From assembly GCA_001643675.2 (NCBI GenBank), contig LSRY02000053.1, positions 310,001 to 374,000 on the forward strand: a stretch of 64,000 bases of DNA. Direction: 5' to 3'. This document shows positions 55,811 to 64,000 of the stretch, one piece after another. The stretch is from Monocercomonoides exilis PA203. Its lineage: Eukaryota > Protista > Preaxostyla. The notes beneath the pieces were generated by a model that saw only the letters and a program-made list of their open reading frames with translations, was not told where the DNA came from and made no database searches. Within the stretch, counting starts at the first letter, position 1. The number at the start of each line of letters is the position of its first letter. The translations under genes and the position numbers were made by a program.

Positions 55811-57269
55811 CTATAACATTTCATTTCCAAAAGCATCAATCAAAAAATCGCAAATATCTGACGGTAATTCATAGTAATTAGAAAATTCATCGTTGACAAA
55901 CTTCAATCTTTCTTTAAAGCTTGTTGTGATATCTTCGTATCCTTCTTCCTCCATCTTTTCAAATATCTCCATTTTTGTGGCCTTTCTTTTCTTTTCTTCC
56001 ATTTTATCTATCTCCTCACCCTCTTCTTCCTCCTCCACTTCTTTCAATCGCTTTGAAATATTATCAAAAAATTTCACACTTAAATGAACCGTTTCGTCGT
56101 CCATTGTTGGTCGTTGAATCTCGTCCATCGCAATATCATCTGCTCCACTTTCTATCAAGTCTTCAACTTTGATAGCTTCATTGTCTGCAGCGCTTGCAAA
56201 GGCACGCATGAATGGTTTTCGAATATCTCTGTGAAGATCTTTCGATGATCGAAGCACTTGAGCAATAATTCTGACAAGTCCAACAAATTCTTCGTTCCAC
56301 AATTTGCAATCGAGAAAATAATTGCCCAACGTTCCGAGCCACTTGATTAAAATAAGCTCTTCCTTTGAAACATTTTCTCCTTTTTCCTCTACAGTTCTTT
56401 TCCAATCCACACATTTCATCAGCTCTTCCAATTCTCTTGTTGCTTCTCTCGCAAAATGCAGCTCATTTGCAATCACTTCATTCAAACTTTGGTTATATTT
56501 TAATTGGAAGATCAAAAACTGCCAAGTTGACTGATAGGCAAGTTTTGTAAGATTGTGATGCTCCTGATGATAATGGATGATTTCTTTGATTTTTTCCAAA
56601 TTTAGTTTTGGATTCGTATCCTAATAAAAATAAGGGTGGAGGAAAACAATAAAATAATACAGAAATAGAAGTGCTCATACATCACATTCACGAATGCAAC
56701 TCAAAGCCAGCAAAGCCATTTCCACTTCTTTTCTTGCTTCTTCGTTTTCCTCTTTGTTTGAAGCCGCTTTCAGAAGATAATATGTACAAATTGTAAGCAA
56801 TTCCGAAGAAAATCCGTTGTTGAGCAAAAGCCTGCACTCGCAAAGATCAACAAGAAGTTTTTCATTCCTTCCATCCTTTTTCTGATCCTCAAAAAGTACC
56901 ATCTCTCTAAAACTCCAAAGCAATAAAGATTCATAAAAGCCTTCTACCCATATGTTTTTCAGTGCGGTGCAATATCCCAAGTGTTTCAATAATATGCACA
57001 CATTTTTCAAAGATATTTTCATTTCATCAATCATTTCGTCCAATGCATCAAACAGCCCTGAATTGAAAACAGATTTGAATTCTTCTCTGTCCATCTCTTC
57101 CATTAGTCTATTCATTTCTTCGATTTTCTGTTTCTGTTCTTCCTTATTGCAATGCTCCAGCTCAGAAAACAATTCTTCAATGAAACAAATAAAGAAAGTA
57201 ATCCAATCATCATATATTCAAAATCAAAAATTCTAATAAACCTCTAAATTTTTCAGTCAGATCCAGCAT
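55811..57269 (-). CDS. Lineage-specific expanded-family helical protein (paralogue of 53258-54856), 3 exons
   Basis: MLDLTEKFR|ELFSELEHC...EVEMALLALS...|...YHQEHHNLTKLAYQSTWQFL...NELHFAREA...KMEEEGYED, with introns at equivalent positions. The start codon is tentative. Confidence 0.85.
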
Positions 57270-58295
57270 CTGTATTTTTCACACAACACATTCGGAGAAC
57301 AATACCATTTCAGCATTTTATTGAATTTGCATTGTATTAGAAAGAAGAGATTAACGAGAAATAAAAATTCAAAATAGTCTTATAATCATAAGCGTTCGCA
57401 CCGTCATTCAATGTATTTGTAGTTTTGGTTGGTTATTGACAGATTAACAATACTTCGTCTTTATTCTTTATTTGTTATGGAAATAATGATAAACAAATAA
57501 TATCTTATTTGGTATTATCTTCATGAAATAAGAAATCAACGAATGAAAATCATTTCATTTATAAAAAATAAACATTATTATCATTGGTGGAATGAATCAC
57601 TGGAAATACGTACATTTTATCGAACTCAATCCGATAATTTTTATGATTTGCTAACAAAGCAAATGCTAGGGTGCATATTTTATCTTGACCTAAAATTTTT
57701 GTCTCAACCCTTTTTTTTGAAACATTGTGAAGCTTTTTTCGAGCTTAGCAAAGGTTTGAAACAAAATAAATTTAATAAACTATTTTATCAAAATTATTTA
57801 CAACTTTCTGTTATTTTAAATTTTGAAAAAATTTTTTCTAAAAAATTGTTACTATTTTTTTATTTTAGTACCCAGATCAAAGATTTGCTGGCCATGAAGC
57901 GAATATTTTATACTAAACGTTGGAAGCCACAACATCACAATTCCACATTCCTATATTATTATTTTAACTTGTTTTCAACATTTTCAATTTAATTTTTGAC
58001 CTTTTTTTCTCATTTCACTGTTTTTGAATAAAACACGATTTTTTATATAAACAAGTGTTTGCGTCAAATTTTGTTGAAATGAAAAAAACATATAAAGTCT
58101 TATTTATCGTTTATTTGCATTAAGCATTGATATGAAAAGGAACTTTTAAAGAATTTGAACTGGAAAGCAAGTGCATATCATTTTTTTGTGTTTCAAATTC
58201 TTAAATATATACAAACTGATAATTATTTAAACATACAAGAATCGTTTTGCAGTCAAAACCGGATATAATCACGTCGAATATAATAACATTCGTAA

Positions 58296-58540
58296 ATGTC
58301 AAAATTTTTTTGAAAAGTTCCTTTTGTTTAATTTTCAAATAGAATTGAAATTTCATTTTTCAATCAAATTTCCGTTCCCGCTCACCAAATATTACTGGCA
58401 GGAAAATAATAACGTGACGACGTAATTATATCCATTTGAGAGAAGTTTCGTGAGTAGGAACAGAAAAATTTTCTAAATATGAAATATATATTCTATTTGA
58501 AAACAAAACAAAAGGAACTTTTCAAAAAAAATTTGGACAT
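58296..58540. repeat. Imperfect ~245-bp palindrome (foldback), possibly a MITE or transposon terminus
   Basis: 58296-58390 pairs with 58445-58540 (atgtcaaaatttttttgaaaagttccttttgttt vs aaacaaaaggaacttttcaaaaaaaatttggacat). A small central hairpin reads ataataacgt-gacg-acgtaattat. Confidence 0.8.
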
Positions 58541-58892
58541 ATTGTCACATTTTTCGATACACTGACATTTTTTGTTTGTTTTTCATTCATTTCCCATCGA
58601 ATATAATCACAGGGATGAAAATATATAATCACATTTTTTATTATTATGGGTGATTTTTTCAATGAAAAATCGGTTTTTAATAAAAATCTCAATTTTTCGC
58701 GTTTTCAAAAATGTGCTCAAATAAGTCAAAATAATATGCATTTGTGCAAAAAATTAATTTCGGAAGTGAAAAAAGTGTATTTGTGCAGAATTTCCAAAAA
58801 TAAAAAAATCTACACAAAATCTATTAATTAATAAATTAATTTTTATTTTTTCTGTGTCAAGTCAAATCGCTTTTTATCACAATCGGATATAG

Positions 58893-59400
58893 TCACAAAA
58901 AGTTGCACAAAAACCGATGTAATTGTATCCGGTTTGGACTGTAATCTAATAATCTCAGTGATGTTTCATCCACATTAAAGATTGACTCCCTTCGGTATTT
59001 GAACTTAGAATGCAAATCATCAAACATTTTATACCAAGGTTTCAAAACGTCCTGACAAGATGCTGCAAGACGTTTTGAATCCAAAATTTTTGGCTTATGC
59101 AATTTCAATTCGTGTTGATTATGCAAGAAGGAATATGCAGTAGATTTTCAGTTTTATTTTTTTCCCCTAAGAATTATTAATATCCTTTTCTCTTTGGCAA
59201 TATGCCTGTCACTTTTAACGGACTTCACAACGTGGATGAGTATTTTTTAAATGATAATACACAAAAAATGGGAGCACCCACAAGCCTGATTTTCCATCTA
59301 TTATAATACACTCAATTCTCTCGTGTCTATTTTCATAAATGCGGAAGTCCAACGATGCTATTTCCACAAGCATCTTTCTTTTCTTTTCTTCAGCTTTTTT
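58893..59400 (-). mobile_element. Truncated pogo/Tigger-like transposase fragment related to the element at 1-1245
   Basis: ELKLHKPKILDSKRLAASCQDVLKPWYKMFDDLHSKFKYRRESIFNVDETSLRL aligns by eye with ELTKSKPKSLDINRLAVS*KSVMKPWYNTITDLH...IFNVDESSLRF at 670-830. The upstream boundary is approximate. Confidence 0.75.
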
Positions 59401-60055
59401 TGGATCACTATAGAAACAAATCGATTTTTTGGAAAATTATCAAAAATAAGTCCTTTCAAAACAGACAAAAGACATAACAAGTTCTGAGACAGGAAGAATT
59501 TGCATTAATAAATTTTTGTTTATTCAATTTGTTTTTAAAAAAGAATTTGTCATGTTTTTTTCATACGATAATTTTTTCAAAAGAATTAAACAGTTATCCT
59601 GAAATAAAATTAACGCATCTTTTCATCCACTAATGATAAACATACTTGGATGAACAAATAATCTTTGTTTCATTAATAAAGTTATATCTTTCAAAAGGAA
59701 ATTAAAAAAATGAACCGATAAAAAAATGTGCTAATAAAAACACCAACTTGCTATTGATATTCCGTTGATCAAAGGTCTGTGGTTCCACTCCTTCCAAAGC
59801 TGTTTTTTTCTGAGTTTGTGAAAAAATTTTTTTCTAAAATTGTTTTTTGCTTGGTTATCTGTGAAGATACCCTAAAAATTGCTGAAAAATTAATAGGTTG
59901 AGAAAAACATTTGATAGCATTTTGTGGAACAAAATTCACAAAACCAAAAGTCACGTCCCATAAAACATTCTGAGTTTTTTTATTCTTTTCTCAATTTCAT
60001 ATTTTTAATATATAATTGATCAATAAAAAAATATATTGCTCAAAATAACTTGCCA

Positions 60056-61285
60056 ATGGAAAAAGATTATTGCCCAGTTGTACACCAGGAAGTTCCCAAT
60101 CAAATTAAAAAATTTGCGGCACGATTGCCAGAAGAGCAAAGGATAAAATGCATGAGTTTGTTTTCAAACAGCTCACCATATTTGTCAATGGCAACTGAAT
60201 TAGATCGATTTTCAGAATCGCTTGATGTTGTGGAAAAAGCGGGTTTTTGGAAGGCAGTAATGGAAGTTCAGGCTCAATCGACAAATCTTGTTCCATTGCC
60301 AAGCTTACCCACTTCTAACAACATTTGCGCACATCATATTACACCACCAAATCTCGAGGAAGCTAACGATTCAATGCCAGTTGTCTATGAAGTTCGTTGT
60401 GATCCTCTCACCAATTTAGGAGCGGATGCTCCGAAGAATAAATGGGAATTAAGCTTTGTTGCTCCAATTATAGACGAAGAAGGTGTTCCTTCTCCGCAAT
60501 TCTTTTCTCGGCTAATGAAAGGAGAAATAGCTGTAAAAGAGCCGGAGAAAGAAAAAACTCCATTTTTACGTTCGACAGGCGTTCAGCGCGAAATTGCACG
60601 AAAATTAATCGAAAATAACGGTTATCTGAACGACGCATACCTTGAAGAAGATCAGGAGGCTGTGATAACAGAATTTAAGCGAGTTTGGAGAAAAGAGAAA
60701 GAAAGAGTTGAATGTAACAAAAAGTTTTGCATCAATGACGAATGCTTGCTGAGTTGCCTTTCAATTGGACTGTATTTTGGAATTGTTATGTTGATTGCCG
60801 GATGTGTGATGTTTGGATGTAATTTATCATCTGAAAGCGGGCTAGTAATTATTATTGTTGGATCGGCTATTATTGTTATCACTGTTATCTTACTGATTTG
60901 CATGTGCTGCCCTTTCTGTATGAATTCTTTTGGAACGGAAAAAGATTTTTCATCAACATGGTTTGGGGACGATTTAAGAGAATCGATGAAGCCATGCGTG
61001 AGACAAAGAGTGAAAGATTGGAGGAGGAAAAAGGAGTGGAGATGGCTTTTGACAAGTGAAGAAAGAAGAGAAGAAGAAAGAATTGACAAAATTGAAGATG
61101 CAAGAAAGAAAAAAGAGGAAAACGAAAAATTAAGTCCTGAAGCCGAAATTGAAATGGAGAGGTTGATGAAGATGCGAAATTTAGCAAGATGTGATGGAGG
61201 AGCAAGGAACATCCAAGCAACCGGTATATTTGAAACTGTGGTGGCTGTTGATGTTGAAACGAGCATCATTAGCAAAGAGAAATGA
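60056..61285 (+). CDS. Hypothetical membrane protein with two adjacent TM helices and Cys-rich flanks
   Basis: Intronless ~409-aa ORF. Hydrophobic segments CLSIGLYFGIVMLIAGCVMFGC and GLVIIIVGSAIIVITVILLICMCCPFC, then a charged C-terminal tail. Confidence 0.75.
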   Translation: MEKDYCPVVHQEVPNQIKKFAARLPEEQRIKCMSLFSNSSPYLSMATELDRFSESLDVVEKAGFWKAVMEVQAQSTNLVPLPSLPTSNNICAHHITPPNLEEANDSMPVVYEVRCDPLTNLGADAPKNKWELSFVAPIIDEEGVPSPQFFSRLMKGEIAVKEPEKEKTPFLRSTGVQREIARKLIENNGYLNDAYLEEDQEAVITEFKRVWRKEKERVECNKKFCINDECLLSCLSIGLYFGIVMLIAGCVMFGCNLSSESGLVIIIVGSAIIVITVILLICMCCPFCMNSFGTEKDFSSTWFGDDLRESMKPCVRQRVKDWRRKKEWRWLLTSEERREEERIDKIEDARKKKEENEKLSPEAEIEMERLMKMRNLARCDGGARNIQATGIFETVVAVDVETSIISKEK

Positions 61286-61537
61286 TGAAATCAGCTCTGT
61301 GGAGCAAGTTATAAATTGAGCATTTTATTTTTTCGAATTTCCATTTTTTATTTTATTTTTTGTTTTTATTGAAAATTTACAAGAAATTTGAATGTTTATG
61401 TCTATTTCCCCATCAGTATAAAATGTGCATTAAAAATTTGGTTTTTTATTTATTGCTTTAATTTGTATATTTTTTATGCAATACACTTTGTTTATGTGAG
61501 AACATATTTGAGACTTTTGTTTTTTAGATTTTTTAAA

Positions 61538-61620
61538 ATTTAATTTAAATTTATTTAATTTAATTTAATTTAATTTAATTTAATTTAATTTAATTTAATT
61601 CAATTTAATTTAATTTATTT
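61538..61620. repeat. (TTTAA)n pentanucleotide microsatellite
   Basis: Directly visible intergenic array. Confidence 0.9.
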
Positions 61621-61992
61621 TTATTAATTTATAATAAAAATTATAATTATTTATGAGAGGAAAATCGGTGATGGATGTGACTAACTTTTTTCCTCGCGTC
61701 ATCCAGGGTTAATTCAAAATCAAAAATTAATATTTTAATTTCGAAATTATTATTATTATTATTATTTTTGAAAATGTGTCATTTTTCTAATATTGATACT
61801 CATAGTGTTAAAATGAGATATAAATCAAGAGAATTTGAAGCACAAAACATAAGTTATTCACATTATAAATAAAAAATTACTTTCATTTTCGAAAATGAAT
61901 TATTTTTTTTTCGATTTTGAATTATTTTTGGTGTGCAAGATGTCAAAATAAATTATATATAAAGCATATTTCTTTATTTAAATGATCAAAAA

Positions 61993-62398
61993 TCAAATTT
62001 CTAATGCTTTTCTTATTGTTTGAAGGTTTTGCGCCATTATCTGCAAACGTACGTCAGACGAAGACAATTCATAGGAATTTTGCTTCTGTTCTCTTGGATA
62101 ACTTTGTCCATTTCTTCCTGAACTCAACAGCTGAGACTTATGAGGCTTTTCATTTGTTGATTGTTTTGATTCAGAAAATTCATCCCTCATCTCCTTCTCC
62201 ATCTCCTTCTTCACCTTCATCTCCATCATTTCGTTTTCTTTCTCTTCTCTGACCTCTTTCAGCAGCTCCACAGATGCCAGCGACTGCAGCAGCTGGCAGT
62301 CTGTGCGAATCTGCTCTGCGCTCCACGCCGCATCAGCCACAGAGCCAATTGCGCTTGCGATGTGTTGCTTGTGCTGTGAATGCGCTGGGAATGAAAGA

Positions 62399-62433
<35 letters not shown>

Positions 62434-64000
62434 AGAAGAAGAAGAAGAAGGTGATGAGCCAATCATTTGATGCTGGGAGTTCCATGTTTGGAGATTGTGG
62501 CGGACAAGAGAGAGGAGGGAGGATGTGGAAGACAGATGGAAATTAGACATGGGAGAGAGATTGAGCGAAGAAGAAGAAGAAGAAGAAGATGATGATGATG
62601 ATGAGGCTGAAGAAGCTAAAGAAGAAGTAGAAGCTAAGGCAGAATTCGTTCTGTTTTGTTTAGGCTTGTCAATATCAACAAACAAAGACCCCATCGAATA
62701 CAAAGGTGTGTGTATGCCATTCATCCGAAGAAGCGACCGCGAATATTTCGCTTTCAATCTGCAGTTCTCTTCAATCAGGTTGGAAATGATGCTTTCGAGC
62801 AGCTGTTCTCTGAAGGAGACAGAGGACAGAACTCTCAGCTGGTTTGCAGGCGGCTGAGGAGAAGAGCGGGCAGAGGGAAGATATTTGGGGGGTAGATAAG
62901 AATAAGAATAAGGAGAAGGGGAAGAAGAAGATGATGTTGATGATAATGAGGAGGACGAATAAGAAGGCTCGTGATGAGGGAAAGAAGAGAGGACGTATTC
63001 GTTGTTTGCACTTGTGTTAGCTGTTTGGGTGAGTTGAGAGAGAGGAAGAGGGGCAATTTTAGGTCGATTGTGTGGTTGTTGATAAGAGGCACCCTTTTGA
63101 GAGTGAATGGAAGGCGTGAGGGAAGGCGAAGGAGCAGAAAGAGAAGAAGCAGTGGATGATGCATCAGAAGCAGGATGTGTGGATGATGTTGAAGTGGATG
63201 AAGTGGAAGAGATTGAGGAGGAGGAGGAAGAAGAGGAAGAAGAATTTGAAGAAGAAGAAGAAGAAGAGGAAGATGGAACAGAAGTTGACCAACGTGACGA
63301 TGCTGGTGACGATGTGACTGTTTGTGGAGAGATGGAACGAAGAGGCGAATCATAAGCCGCACTGATTTGTGCAGAAGTTGGTGTTTTTGGAGTTGATTCG
63401 TCAGATTCGGGTGAATTATGTGCAGATTGCGCTTCCAAAGGAAGAGATTCGAGAGAGTCTTGTTTTGAGCTGTCAAATGAATCGTCATATGCTTCTTTTA
63501 TTCCACTTCTGTCTTTGTTTTCGTATCTGGTTGGAACAGAAAATGAATGAGAAGAAGAAGAAGAAGAAGAAGAAGAAGCAGAAGAAGAAGCATCAGAAGG
63601 ATTAAATTGATTCATTTTATTGAATTCATCTGAATTATTATCATTATCTTCCCTTTCCCTTTCTCTTTCTCTTTCTTCTTCTTCTTCTTCTTCTTCTTCA
63701 CTCCTTCTTTTCTTCTCCAATTGGCTCAAAAGTTCATTCATTTTCCTTTCCTGCTTCGAATGCTCCAGTGAAAGTGTGTTGAACGATGCAATTGTATCTC
63801 TCAATTGACTGAGCATATTCTGAATGACAGCTTCTTTTGAGGCATTGTTAGCAAGTTGCGTGTTGATATAGTCAATGAAGGGGGTTAGGAAACAGAAGTT
63901 GGAGGAGTTATAAGTGCTGGAAAGAGAGAGAGAGATGATACTTGAGGAAAGAGGAGGAGGAGGAGGAGGAGGAGATGATGATGATGATGAAAGCAAAGAA
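61993..64000 (-). CDS. 3' part of a hypothetical Ser-rich coiled-coil protein (5' end outside the window)
   Basis: Open frame of more than 660 codons ending LQTIRKALEI*, with poly-Ser tracts and short coiled-coil segments. The last ~100 nt may be intronic. Confidence 0.7.

Noticed and set aside
57270-57310. In-frame upstream ATG and TGA before the second family paralogue, as possible readthrough or selenocysteine
   Set aside because: The downstream ATG at 57269 gives a complete family-like N-terminus, and no SECIS or conservation evidence is visible.
58261-58896. Repeated 12-mer considered as a CRISPR-like array
   Set aside because: Repeats are too short, irregularly spaced and in both orientations, with no cas genes and a eukaryotic context.

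Overview
Eukaryotic protist DNA: standard genetic code, short AT-rich GT-AG introns, and proteins full of poly-Ser and Glu/Lys tracts. The style and a recognisable lineage-specific gene family suggest an oxymonad such as Monocercomonoides (inference, not verified by search). Left to right: a decayed pogo/Tigger-type DDE transposase (1-1245); a decayed DIRS-like tyrosine-recombinase retrotransposon (~1826-5935; gag, RT-RNaseH-methyltransferase-like pol, YR, 71-bp inverted repeats); a signal-peptide-bearing LEA-like repeat protein, head-to-head with ESCRT-III CHMP1/Did2; a ~2,900-aa low-complexity protein; a 7,929-aa uninterrupted midasin; an Atg18/WIPI-like PROPPIN; a kinesin head-to-head with an MRNIP-like zinc-ribbon gene; a convergent pair of lineage-specific paralogues; a ~245-bp foldback with repeated 12-mers beside a second pogo-like remnant; a two-TM membrane protein; and a Ser-rich gene cut by the window edge. 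The most unusual observation is that the three retrotransposon ORFs are joined by exact stop/start overlaps (ATGA and TGATG), suggesting operon-like translational coupling. No rRNA, tRNA or CRISPR arrays were seen.
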